Shown one piece after another: positions 1 through 9,334 of a DNA stretch of 64,000 nt. The DNA lies in assembly GCA_963682135.1 (NCBI GenBank), contig OY821645.1, positions 2,528,001 through 2,592,000 on the forward strand. The letters run 5' to 3'. The notes under the pieces are model-generated. The model had not been told where the DNA came from, made no database searches, and was given only the letters and a program-made list of their open reading frames with translations. Position 1 is the stretch's first letter. Each line of letters begins with the position of its first letter. The translations under genes and the position numbers were made by a program. This stretch comes from Methanothrix sp. GTDB lineage: Archaea > Halobacteriota > Methanosarcinia > Methanotrichales > Methanotrichaceae.

Positions 1-2
1 TG

Positions 3-410
3 CCCTACGAGCCGCTAATTTACAAAGAAGCCGCAAAGGTTGCCAGGGTCAAGAATGTCATCCTGACGGACGGAGGATGCAATTATTTCCATGCCGTGGT
101 GCAGATAGAGAAGGAGACGGAGCAGGACGCGAGAAGAGTCATCGAGGCCGCCTTTCAGGCACACGGCTCGCTTAAGCATGTCCTGGTCGTCGACTCGGAC
201 ATAGATGTCTACGATCCCTGCGACCTGGAGTTTGCCATTGCCACGCGCATGCGAGCCGATGAGGATCTCGTCATCCATCCCAATGTGCGGGGCAGCACCC
301 TTGATCCGCGCAGCCGAGAGGGCATCACCACCAAGATGGGAGTGGACGCCACAGCCAGGCTGGAGCGGCTCTGGAAGTTTCAGAGGGTGACGCCCAAGGG
401 GCAGGGCTAA
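3..410 (+). CDS. UbiD-family decarboxylase, C-terminal part (5' end outside window); probable anhydromevalonate phosphate decarboxylase
   Basis: Frame is open from base 3 (PYEPLIYKEAAK...GGCNYFHAVVQIEK). C-terminal UbiD motifs KHVLVVDSDIDVYD, AIATR, GSTLDP, KMGVDAT. Confidence 0.85.
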   Translation, partial: PYEPLIYKEAAKVARVKNVILTDGGCNYFHAVVQIEKETEQDARRVIEAAFQAHGSLKHVLVVDSDIDVYDPCDLEFAIATRMRADEDLVIHPNVRGSTLDPRSREGITTKMGVDATARLERLWKFQRVTPKGQG

Positions 411-518
411 AGAGCCCTACTGCTCTTTAGATCTCCAGATAGAGGCGAATGCTAAATACGACGCCCACAGCAAGGACTATTGATAGCATCAAGGCCAGGA
501 CCTGCAACATTATCTCGC

Positions 519-1577
519 TCATTTTATCATATCTATCTTAGCATGCTTCTGGCCTATCTGCTTTTCTCTTCGCGGCCCGGATTGCCGGTACTGTGGGGAC
601 GCCAGAACCTGGGCCGATTTCACCCCTGTAATTATGGCCATCAGCCTCACCTTTCCTGTAAAATCGGGACGAATCCTCGCTCCCCAGATGACATTGGCCT
701 TGGGGTCCAACTCCTGGGTTAGGGCCCCGGCGATGGCGGCTGCCTCTTTCATGGTCATATCCGGCCCGCCGGTCATGTGCAGAAGGCAGGCTGTGGCTCC
801 GCGATAGTCCACATCGAGCAGCGGATTTTTCAAGGCTGTGCGCACGATCTTCTCAGGGCTGCTCTTCATCTTGCCCTCACCCACAAACATGAAGGATGCG
901 CCACCGGAGCTCATGATGGTGCAAACATCGGCAAAGTCCAGGTTGATGAGAGAAGGACTTGTCAGGGTCTCGCAGATGCCCTGCACGATCTCGGCGATGA
1001 TCTGGTCGACAACAAAAAAGGCCTGCTGGAAAGGCAGATGAGGTGCGCATTCCAGGAGGCGGTTGTTGTCCATGACAATTGATGTATCGGCATAGCCAGA
1101 GAGCGCCTCCAGTCCCTCCTCTGCTACAAAGATGCGTGCCCTCTCCAGGTGGAAAGGTGTGGTTACCATGGCCACTACAATTGCGCCCCGTTCTTTGGCC
1201 AGACGGGCCACGACCGGAGCCGATCCCGTGCCCGTGCCCCCTCCCAGGCCCGCGATCACAAAGACCAGGTCGGCCCCCCGCAGCATGCTCTCCAGCTCGG
1301 CTGCCGCCATCTCCGCCGCCTTTCGGCCCACCTCGGGATCGCCGCCCGCGCCCATGCCCCTGGTGAGCGTCTGGCCGATGAGAATCTTCTCATCCGCCTG
1401 GGCAGTGTTTAGATGCTGGTTGTCTGTGTTGACGGCCACGGTCTTTGCGCCTGTTAGGCCCATCCTGGCCAGCCGGCTCACAGTGTTATTGCCTGCTCCC
1501 CCGCAGCCGACGACCAGGATCTTGGGCATGCCAAAACCCTCTTCATATTCTTTGGACTCACGTAGATCTGACTGCAA
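519..1577 (-). CDS. ftsZ: Cell division protein FtsZ
   Basis: [17 protein letters not shown] tubulin signature, INLDFAD, NVIWGA. Confidence 0.97.
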   Translation of the reverse strand: MQSDLRESKEYEEGFGMPKILVVGCGGAGNNTVSRLARMGLTGAKTVAVNTDNQHLNTAQADEKILIGQTLTRGMGAGGDPEVGRKAAEMAAAELESMLRGADLVFVIAGLGGGTGTGSAPVVARLAKERGAIVVAMVTTPFHLERARIFVAEEGLEALSGYADTSIVMDNNRLLECAPHLPFQQAFFVVDQIIAEIVQGICETLTSPSLINLDFADVCTIMSSGGASFMFVGEGKMKSSPEKIVRTALKNPLLDVDYRGATACLLHMTGGPDMTMKEAAAIAGALTQELDPKANVIWGARIRPDFTGKVRLMAIITGVKSAQVLASPQYRQSGPRREKQIGQKHAKIDMIK

Positions 1578-1770
1578 CTCTCTATTTCCCCCTCATTGCT
1601 AGCTAATTAAATCGTGATATAAGTTAATAATTATTGCGGACAAGTGCTTGAACGCATGAGGATCGTTTGTGGACGATGATAAAAACGACTCATCTACGCC
1701 CCTCAGCTTTCCAACGACGCCTCTAATCCCTTAGGTTTAAATCTTTTAAAGACCCAATACATAACCTGAT

Positions 1771-2025
1771 ATGTTCTGTGAATACATTCATGCGGCGCTG
1801 TGCAAAGCAACTTATGAGATCATTGATGACGAAGAGCCATTTTATGGTGAGATAACAGAACTGCGAGGAGTTTGGGCCATAGGAAGAACTCTTGAAGAAT
1901 GCCGGGAAAATCTAAAAGGCGTTGTCGAAGGATGGATTGCTCTGAGATTGAGTTTGGGTCTGGCAATTCCTCCTGTCGGCGGGCATACCATAGAAACACC
2001 CAGCAGGGCTACCGCAGTTGTCTAG
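1771..2025 (+). CDS. hicB: HicB-family antitoxin
   Basis: 84 aa, FYGEITELRGVWAIGRTLEECRENLKGVVEGWI is typical of the HicB partial RNase H fold. Confidence 0.85.
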   Translation: MFCEYIHAALCKATYEIIDDEEPFYGEITELRGVWAIGRTLEECRENLKGVVEGWIALRLSLGLAIPPVGGHTIETPSRATAVV

Positions 2026-2093
2026 GATTACAAATGTCTCAGATCTTGAAACAAGCAGAAGTGAGTCGCGAAGAGTGGCTTTCTACTGGGTGA
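2018..2093 (+). pseudogene. HicA toxin remnant (N-terminus joined out of frame to C-terminus)
   Basis: TTG-SRIT overlaps the hicB stop, then in another frame SQILKQAEVSREEWL*, the usual HicA C-terminus. The central GxH catalytic region is absent. Confidence 0.7.
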
Positions 2094-2126
2094 AAATCGC
2101 AAGGTGCTTTTTTTCGCGAGGTTTCG

Positions 2127-2537
2127 ATGTCAATATTACGGGGCGCAGATGATCTGGCACAGTTCATCGCCGCGAACTACTCGGGCCGCGTGGTCGAGGT
2201 AGGGGCAGGCTTTGCCGCGGAGGTAGCCTTAGGCCTGCAAGCGCGCGGCCTGGATGTGGTGCTCACCGATAAAGAGGAGCGGCTCCTGGGCTGCCTGCGG
2301 GTGGAGAAGGATGACATATTCTTGCCCCGCCTGGAGCTGTACCGGGGAGCAAGCCTGATCTACTCCATCCGCCCGCCTCTGGAGATGCAACTGGCCATGG
2401 GCCTGCTCGCTTTGCGGATCGGCGCGGATGTCCTGGTCCGGCCGCTGATGGATGAGGTGACTATCCTACAGGGCTTTGCCCGGCGGCTGGTCAATAGCGG
2501 GGAGGCGAGGTTCTACCTGTTTAAGGCGAGGGCGTAG
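2127..2537 (+). CDS. UPF0146 family protein
   Basis: VVEVGAG, DDIFLPRLELYRGASLIYSIRPPLE motif. Confidence 0.85.
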   Translation: MSILRGADDLAQFIAANYSGRVVEVGAGFAAEVALGLQARGLDVVLTDKEERLLGCLRVEKDDIFLPRLELYRGASLIYSIRPPLEMQLAMGLLALRIGADVLVRPLMDEVTILQGFARRLVNSGEARFYLFKARA

Positions 2538-2601
2538 TTAGCTGCTTTTCCCCAAGAAAGCTAACAAAACGGTAAGATAATAGATGGTTAATCCGTGGGC
2601 C

Positions 2602-2658
2602 ATGAAAATCGCTCTCGTTGGTGGAACGGGTGATATCGACACCCAGGAATTGCCATAG
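2602..2658 (+). pseudogene. 5' fragment of a Rossmann-fold enzyme resembling F420H2:NADP+ oxidoreductase (NpdG/Fno)
   Basis: MKIALVGGTGDI then unrelated sequence and a stop after 18 codons. Confidence 0.5.
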
Positions 2659-2706
2659 TTTCCGAGCGGATTAGCTAAGTAAAAAAGAGTTGCATTTTTT
2701 CGTCTA

Positions 2707-3126
2707 TCACGGGTTTTTTCTGCTCCTTCCCAGCACCATCTGCTTGGTGGCCCTATCCGACTCAATATTGCGCCGGCAGACCGGGCAGACCCGGATCCAC
2801 TCCAGGCCTTCGGAGTCTTTCTGCAAATTGACAGGAATAACGGACTCAATCCTGCGCAGCATGGGCTCTGTGGCATAGCGCGATTTGCAGATCTTGCAGG
2901 CTACCATATCAAAGGAAATATCCGGCTCAGGTACGGCCTCATCGAAGGCCACCAAGGTTAGAGCATGGCCTGGGCAAAACTCTACGCATAGATCGCACTC
3001 CTCTTTGCACCTCTTCCAGTGGATGCTGCGCTTCTCTTCCGTCTCGATACGGACAATATTTTGACTGGGACAGACATTGGAGCAAGACCGGCAGCCCAGG
3101 CATAGACTGGTATCAACTTTGATCAT
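2707..3126 (-). CDS. 4Fe-4S ferredoxin-like protein
   Basis: CLGCRSCSNVCP, CKEECDLCVEFCP, plus CKIC and CPVC pairs. Confidence 0.85.
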   Translation of the reverse strand: MIKVDTSLCLGCRSCSNVCPSQNIVRIETEEKRSIHWKRCKEECDLCVEFCPGHALTLVAFDEAVPEPDISFDMVACKICKSRYATEPMLRRIESVIPVNLQKDSEGLEWIRVCPVCRRNIESDRATKQMVLGRSRKNP

Positions 3127-3560
3127 CTTCTACCTCCCTGGGCAGCAGCCCGAGCAGCGCGTGCCCGCGTCCGGCGAGACGCCAGCTCAAAATCAGTGGA
3201 TAGAGCATTGGCAGGACAGGTTTTAACACAGGTGGGCTCATCTTTGCCCTCACAGAGATCACACTTATGAGCAATCTTATCCGTCCAGACCACTCCGAAG
3301 GGACAAGCCAACTGGCAGAGACCGCATCCGGTGCACTTTTCCACATCAAAAGCCGTGCGTTCTCCCTCTTTATGCAGAGCGCCGCTAAAGCAGGCGATAG
3401 TGCAGTTTGCCTCCTCACAATGATGACAGAAAAGGGGAACGGAGGCATAGTCTCCTACAAAATGCACATTAATGTGTCCGCTACCAGCATGCACTCTCTG
3501 GCAGGCCACCTCGCAAGAACGGCAGCCAATACATCTGCTGATGTCAATATAAACGGGCAT
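3123..3560 (-). CDS. 4Fe-4S dicluster electron-transfer subunit (HydN/CooF/DmsB-like)
   Basis: CIGCRSCEVAC, CHHCEEANCTIAC, CTGCGLCQLACP, KCDLC...CVKTCP. Confidence 0.9.
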   Translation of the reverse strand: MPVYIDISRCIGCRSCEVACQRVHAGSGHINVHFVGDYASVPLFCHHCEEANCTIACFSGALHKEGERTAFDVEKCTGCGLCQLACPFGVVWTDKIAHKCDLCEGKDEPTCVKTCPANALSTDFELASRRTRARAARAAAQGGRR

Positions 3561-5603
3561 TTAATCCCTCCGGGAAATCTTGCAGGCCGAGACCTTGAAC
3601 TCCGGTATCTTGGCATCCGGATCAGTTATATCTGCGGTAAGTATATTGGTTCCAGGGAAATGGAAGGGCATGAATACCACACCCTTTTTTACTCTATCGG
3701 TGAGACGGGCATAGGCCTGGGTTTCACCTCGGGGCGTAGTTATGGTCACCTCATCTCCATCGGCCACCTTCAACCTTAACGCATCATCAGTGTTGATCTC
3801 CACATATAAATCAGGTTCTCGCTCTATTAGAGAGGGGCTTCTCCGGGTCATGGACCCTGCGTTGTGGTGCACGGCAACCCGTCCGGTGGTCAGGATTAAG
3901 GGATAATCCCAGCTGGTGTCCTCTGCCGCCGGACGATATAGAACCGGAACAATAGCGGCGCGTCCCTCGGCCAGCTTGAAGCCTGCGCTGTGAAGTATGG
4001 GCGTTCCCGGATGATCGATGCTGGGGCAGGGCCAAACCAGACCAAATCCGCCCAGCCGTTCCCGGGTTATGCCGGCATATTGCGGAACGAATCGGTTGAT
4101 CTCCGCCAGAACACTGGCCGCATCAGGATAGAAAAGATCTATTCCCAGGCTCCTGCCAACTTTGCATACGATCTCCAGATCAGATAGAGCCGCCCCCGGT
4201 GGCTCAATGGCTTTATGGCTCCACTGCACACGCCTTTCCGTATTGGTGAAGCTTCCTTCCTTCTCCGCCCAGGCAGCTGCCGGTAAAACAACATCAGCAA
4301 GCTGAGAAGTCGCCGTCATGAATATATCCTGCACTACCAAGAAATCCAGGCTCTCCAGAGCTTTCCGAGTATGATCACTGCTGGGATCGGAGTTGGCCGG
4401 ATCTTCGCCCACAATATACATGGCTTTAACCTCTCCAGAGGCGGCTGCATCGATCATCTCCGTGGCTGTAAGGCCAGGTCCCAGCGGCAGGCATTCCGCC
4501 CCCCAGGCAGAAGAGAAGTAATTGATGGTATTTGGATCGTCCGCCTTTTTGTAGCCGGGATAAAATTCAGCCAGCGCCCCCATATCACAGGCGCCCTGCA
4601 CATTGTTCTGACCGCGCAAAGGCATGACCCCTGTGCCCGGCTTTCCCAGATGCCCACAGATGAGAGCCAGGTTGGAAATTGCCTGCACATTGTCCGTGCC
4701 CGTGCTGTGCTGCGTAATCCCCATGGAATAGAGAATACAAGAGGCTGGTGATATGGCGTAAGAGCGCGCCGCTCTCACAATATCGCCTGCTGCCACTCCT
4801 GTGATCTCTGCCGCCTTTTCCGGAGTGTAATCTTTGAGTGATTCTCGATACTCTTCAAAACCCCTGGTCCATTGGGAGATGTAATCAATATCAATCAGGC
4901 CCTCTTTGATTATGACATGAGCCATGCCGTTCAAGAGAGCTACATCAGTTCCTGGCTTAAGTTGCAGGAAGACATCCGCCATCCAGGAGGTATGGGTCGC
5001 GCGCGGATCGGCTACGATTACTACCGCACCTACATCCTTAGCCCTGTGAATCCAACGAGTGATAACAGGATGATTTTCTGCTAAATTTGATCCGATGATG
5101 AATATGCACCGAGAGTTGGCGATATCCGGTATGGGATTGGTCATTCCTGCTGCACCCAGGGTACGGTTCAATCCCACCACGGAAGGAGCGTGACACAACC
5201 TTGCGCAGTTGTCCACATTGGGCGTGCCCAAAAGGCGAGCCAATTTCTCGATCAGATAATTCTCCTCGTTGCTGCATTTGGAAGAGGAAAGAATGGCAAT
5301 ACTGTCGGGACCATAATTCTTGACGGCATCGCATAGTCCCCGAGCCACCAGCTGCATAGCCTCCTCCCAGGATATCCTGGAAAAGCCTTCTCCTTTTCTC
5401 TTGAGGGGAGAATTAAGCCTCTCCCGGTGGTAGAGGATCTCCAAAGCCGCGTTTCCTTTAGAGCACAAAGCCCCCTCACTCACAGGATGGTTGGGCATAT
5501 ATTCTATCCCGATGGCGCGCTCTTTCTCGGCTTCAATGAATAATCCGCAGCCCGCACCACAATATGGACAGACGGTTGGAACAAGCACTTTTGTCATCTT
5601 CAT
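3561..5603 (-). CDS. fdhF: Formate dehydrogenase alpha subunit (FdhF-like, Cys-type molybdo/tungstopterin enzyme)
   Basis: TVCPYCGAGCG...C cluster motif, active-site CARLCHAPS, RGQNNVQG, C-terminal molybdopterin dinucleotide domain (PEFKVSAC). Confidence 0.92.
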   Translation of the reverse strand: MKMTKVLVPTVCPYCGAGCGLFIEAEKERAIGIEYMPNHPVSEGALCSKGNAALEILYHRERLNSPLKRKGEGFSRISWEEAMQLVARGLCDAVKNYGPDSIAILSSSKCSNEENYLIEKLARLLGTPNVDNCARLCHAPSVVGLNRTLGAAGMTNPIPDIANSRCIFIIGSNLAENHPVITRWIHRAKDVGAVVIVADPRATHTSWMADVFLQLKPGTDVALLNGMAHVIIKEGLIDIDYISQWTRGFEEYRESLKDYTPEKAAEITGVAAGDIVRAARSYAISPASCILYSMGITQHSTGTDNVQAISNLALICGHLGKPGTGVMPLRGQNNVQGACDMGALAEFYPGYKKADDPNTINYFSSAWGAECLPLGPGLTATEMIDAAASGEVKAMYIVGEDPANSDPSSDHTRKALESLDFLVVQDIFMTATSQLADVVLPAAAWAEKEGSFTNTERRVQWSHKAIEPPGAALSDLEIVCKVGRSLGIDLFYPDAASVLAEINRFVPQYAGITRERLGGFGLVWPCPSIDHPGTPILHSAGFKLAEGRAAIVPVLYRPAAEDTSWDYPLILTTGRVAVHHNAGSMTRRSPSLIEREPDLYVEINTDDALRLKVADGDEVTITTPRGETQAYARLTDRVKKGVVFMPFHFPGTNILTADITDPDAKIPEFKVSACKISRRD

Positions 5604-5607
5604 CCCT

Positions 5608-6432
5608 TTAGTAAGCGTAGAGATTGCTGTAGGGCCTCTTCGACCTGGGCCTGAGCCTGAAGAACTGAGATGTCATTATTTCTTTCTGGCTCTTGCCAAT
5701 TTCTGGAAAGCGCTCCACGAACCTGGAGATATATCGCTCCAATACGGCCCTGTCGGCCTCATCTATGGGAGAGACGTCCACCTGTCCGCCCAACTGATGC
5801 GGCTCTACATGGCCTCGCAGATAGATCACGCCACCATGCATGCCTGTGCCTATGAAGTTGGCTTTGTGAGTCTGGCCGAGCAGGTCAAGGATTATAACAA
5901 TTCCGCCGGACATGTACTCGCCCAAAAAGTCCTGCGTATGGCCCCCTACTACCAGAACAGGCTTCTTCTCCTCATACTCCTTCATGTGCAGAGCTGTTCT
6001 ATAGCCGCAATTATCCCGCACATAAATCTCGCCCCCCCGCATGGAAAAACCCAGGACATCTCCGGCCCTTCCTTTCACGACTATCTCCCCGTCATCCATT
6101 GTGTTTCCCACGCCATCCTGGGCATTACCATGCACAGTTATCTTATGGCCATAGAGAAAGGCTGCCAGGTCATTACCGGGAGTGCCGAATATCTCGATCT
6201 CCATTTTAAGATGCTCGGGTGTGTAGAGGCGGGTGCCGATGTACCTCTGGCCGAAGACATTTCTGATGTTGACCTTTTTTACGCCGGAGAGCATCAAATT
6301 CCTGATCCTTTCATTTAGTTCTTTTGTCTTAAGGTCTGTGGCATCGATCTCTACAGCAATTATCCTCTCATCAACTTGATCTGCCTCGATACTGGTTTGG
6401 GATGCAATAGCGTTCGCCATTTCCGGCCTCAC
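5608..6432 (-). CDS. Glutamate synthase large-subunit domain 3 (GXGXG beta-helix)
   Basis: GQRYIG, GTPGNDL, GEYMSGG, GTGMHGG repeats; adjacent to the other GltB domains. Confidence 0.9.
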   Translation of the reverse strand: MRPEMANAIASQTSIEADQVDERIIAVEIDATDLKTKELNERIRNLMLSGVKKVNIRNVFGQRYIGTRLYTPEHLKMEIEIFGTPGNDLAAFLYGHKITVHGNAQDGVGNTMDDGEIVVKGRAGDVLGFSMRGGEIYVRDNCGYRTALHMKEYEEKKPVLVVGGHTQDFLGEYMSGGIVIILDLLGQTHKANFIGTGMHGGVIYLRGHVEPHQLGGQVDVSPIDEADRAVLERYISRFVERFPEIGKSQKEIMTSQFFRLRPRSKRPYSNLYAY

Positions 6433-7943
6433 TCTCCCGCGCCCTTGATCCCCAGAACATCAAGCTCCCACTCGTATAGCCCCACGCCCCGCAGATGGTC
6501 CCGGTTGCCGCGCAGGCTTTCTAAGGCGTTGATGCCCATGCCGCCCAGCATCTCGGCAATCTCATGCGACCAGGCTGATATGAGATTGGACAGCCTCTGC
6601 GAGGCGATATCCACATTCAACCGGCCTGACAGGCGCGGATCCTGGGTGCATATTCCCCAGTTGCATTTACCAGTATAGCATTTCTGGCAGAGGGTGCATC
6701 CCATGGCGATCAATGCTGCAGATCCGATATAGACGGCATCTGCACCTAAGGCTATGGCCTTGATTACGTCGCTGCTGCATCTAATTCCACCAGCGGCAAT
6801 GATGGAGCATCTGTTTCTGATGCCTTCACTACGCAGGCGTCGATCCAATGATGATATGGCAAGCTCTGTAGGTATGCCCACATTGTCCCGGATGGCTTTA
6901 GGAGCTGCTCCCGTTCCGCCTCGCAGGCCGTCAATGGCGATTATGTCCGCACCGGCGCGCACTATTCCCGAAGCTATAGCGGCAAAGTTATGCACGGCAG
7001 CGATCTTGACGGATATGGGCTTTTCGTAGTTGGTGGCTTCCTTCAGAGCTGAGATCAGCATGGAAAGATCTTCGATAGAGTAGATATCATGATGCGGAGC
7101 TGGTGAGATGGCATCTGTACCCATGGGAATCATGCGTGTCTTTGCCACAGCAGCTGAGACCTTCTCGCCTGGTAAATGGCCGCCGATTCCTGGTTTTGCT
7201 CCCTGACCTACCTTGATCTCCACTGCCTGAGCGCAGTTCAGGTACTCGGCATCAATGCCGAAGCGGCCTGAAGCCACCTGCACAATGGCGCATCTTCCAA
7301 ACTCCTCTCTCATCTCGCGGGGAAGGCCTCCTTCTCCGGTGTTGAAGTAGGTTCCTGACCTACAGGCTGCCGTCGCCAGGGAGCGGAAGGCGTTGTAGCT
7401 TATGGCTCCGTAGGACATGGCCGAGAAAAGAATGGGCGTTTGTACCATCAGATTTGGCGAGAGATTGGTCTTGATCTCTACATCTCCATCCTTTACTGAG
7501 ATATCCATTATGTCGGGTTTAGCCCCCAGGAAGGTGCGCAGCTCCATCGGTTCTCGTAAGGGATCGATGGACGGGTTGGTGACCTGAGAGGCATTGAGCA
7601 CAATGTGGTCCCAGTAGATGCGAAATGGCTTGTCGTTACCCGATCCGGTAAGGATCACTCCACCAGTCTCGGCCTGTTTCTTCAGATCCTCCAGCTTCTC
7701 GCGTGACCATGAAGCATTGGGTCGGTAGAACGAAGGTGTGGGCCGGACTACGATGGCATTTTTAGGACAGAAGACGACACATCTCTGGCACCCGGCGCAC
7801 TTGTAGTCTTCGGATATCAGCCGATCAGCTACCGGATCGTAGGTGTGGGTGCCAAAAGCACACTGCCTTTCGCAACCTCTACACTGGCCGCATTTCTCTT
7901 CGTCCCTTATGATCTGAAACTCTGGAAAGACGAATGATTTCAT
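6429..7943 (-). CDS. Glutamate synthase FMN-binding subunit with N-terminal 2[4Fe-4S] domain
   Basis: AMSYGA, NTGEGG, QVASGRFG, EIKVGQGAKPGIGGHLPGEKV, CTLCQKCYTGKC. Confidence 0.95.
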   Translation of the reverse strand: MKSFVFPEFQIIRDEEKCGQCRGCERQCAFGTHTYDPVADRLISEDYKCAGCQRCVVFCPKNAIVVRPTPSFYRPNASWSREKLEDLKKQAETGGVILTGSGNDKPFRIYWDHIVLNASQVTNPSIDPLREPMELRTFLGAKPDIMDISVKDGDVEIKTNLSPNLMVQTPILFSAMSYGAISYNAFRSLATAACRSGTYFNTGEGGLPREMREEFGRCAIVQVASGRFGIDAEYLNCAQAVEIKVGQGAKPGIGGHLPGEKVSAAVAKTRMIPMGTDAISPAPHHDIYSIEDLSMLISALKEATNYEKPISVKIAAVHNFAAIASGIVRAGADIIAIDGLRGGTGAAPKAIRDNVGIPTELAISSLDRRLRSEGIRNRCSIIAAGGIRCSSDVIKAIALGADAVYIGSAALIAMGCTLCQKCYTGKCNWGICTQDPRLSGRLNVDIASQRLSNLISAWSHEIAEMLGGMGINALESLRGNRDHLRGVGLYEWELDVLGIKGAGE

Positions 7944-9085
7944 TGCAAAACCTTCCTCGTGCTATTTAATTCGCCGATAACCGGTTCTCCACCATTGGGC
8001 GTCCAGACCCGATCAAGATTTGGCGAAATAAGTCTGATGGATGCTTCCTCTGAGGAGAGGTAGAACATATCTCCTCTTGTAGCAGCAGTAATAGGCCGAA
8101 GCCTGATTCTGTCTGTAAGGCCGATCATCCTGTTCGTCTGGCCGATGATTATTGCAAAAGGCCCGTTCATAAGCAGGGGGGCATATACCATCCTCAGTGT
8201 GGTGAGCAGTCTCTTCTCCGACTCATTCATGCGGTCGATGGCATTCCAGATGGGCGGGGCGAGAATTTTGGCCACAATCTCAATGGGGAGATTCTGCCTT
8301 CTCATAAGCAGGTCTGCTGCATAGGCTATGACCTCTGTATCAGTCTGCAAGGTGCAGGCATAGCCGTACATCTCCAGATACCATCGATTGGTACCGTAAG
8401 AAGAGATCTCGCCGTTATGGACGATGGTCGTATCCAGGAGACTGAAGGGATGAGCTCCGCCCCACCAAGCCTGAGTGTTGGTGGGAAATCGACCGTGCAC
8501 CGTCCAGGTATAGGCTTTGTAGAGCTCATCCAGCATGAAGTACTCTCCGATATCCTCGGGATAACCCACGCCTTTGAAGCAGCCCATATTCTTGCCGGAC
8601 GAGAAGACATGAGCATTCTCGATCCTGGTGTTCACCCACATGATCTTGCTCACGACGTAATCTTCGTCAGAGAGCAATGCCTCTTCACCCTGCTTTTTGG
8701 GAAGGATGAAGTAGCGCCAGACCAGAGGAGGATCGCTTATTGTTGCCACATCTCTATGAGGGATCTCTTCATCGAAAACCACATCGAAGCTCCGGCAGAG
8801 AAAGTCATCCAGCTCCTTTTTTGCAGATACTTTATCCTGATAGCTCTTGCCGGTGAACATAAGGTGGAATGCATAGTAATCCTTGTAATGCGGGTATATG
8901 CCGTAGGCTGCAAACCCCCCACCCAGACCATTGCCGCGAACATGCATATTGGCAATGGCTATCATGACGCCTTCTCCGGTGAAGCGCTCACCCTCTTTGT
9001 TCATGGCACCGAAGATAGAGCAGGCACAGATCTCTTTATTGTATAGCTCCCTTCTTATCCTTGGCATAGTAATCTTGGACTCCAT
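7940..9085 (-). CDS. Glutamate synthase amidotransferase subunit (class II GATase)
   Basis: CSIFG nucleophile region, RGNGLGGG, HGRFPTNT, AHPF, HNGEISSY, DRIRLRP. Confidence 0.93.
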   Translation of the reverse strand: MESKITMPRIRRELYNKEICACSIFGAMNKEGERFTGEGVMIAIANMHVRGNGLGGGFAAYGIYPHYKDYYAFHLMFTGKSYQDKVSAKKELDDFLCRSFDVVFDEEIPHRDVATISDPPLVWRYFILPKKQGEEALLSDEDYVVSKIMWVNTRIENAHVFSSGKNMGCFKGVGYPEDIGEYFMLDELYKAYTWTVHGRFPTNTQAWWGGAHPFSLLDTTIVHNGEISSYGTNRWYLEMYGYACTLQTDTEVIAYAADLLMRRQNLPIEIVAKILAPPIWNAIDRMNESEKRLLTTLRMVYAPLLMNGPFAIIIGQTNRMIGLTDRIRLRPITAATRGDMFYLSSEEASIRLISPNLDRVWTPNGGEPVIGELNSTRKVLQ

Positions 9086-9334
9086 CCATCGACCTTTCTA
9101 TTGGTTTAATGCTAACCTGACTGCTGCAAGTCTTGCTCGACTATGGTGTGTGGGCAAGAATTGATCTCAATAAATGTTTTATATCTATTTAAGAAACATT
9201 CATAATACTTATGATCGAAGCCGGTCGACGCAGGCATATTCCTCTCCACGATTTTTCCCCGCTATTATTACAGGATGATTTCCTTGATGGAATGCTAACA
9301 GCAAAAATAAAAGGGTGAGCCCAAAGAAAGGGCT

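Noticed and set aside
3561-5603. Possible selenocysteine recoding in formate dehydrogenase
   Set aside because: The active-site residue is an ordinary Cys codon and the ORF has no in-frame stop.
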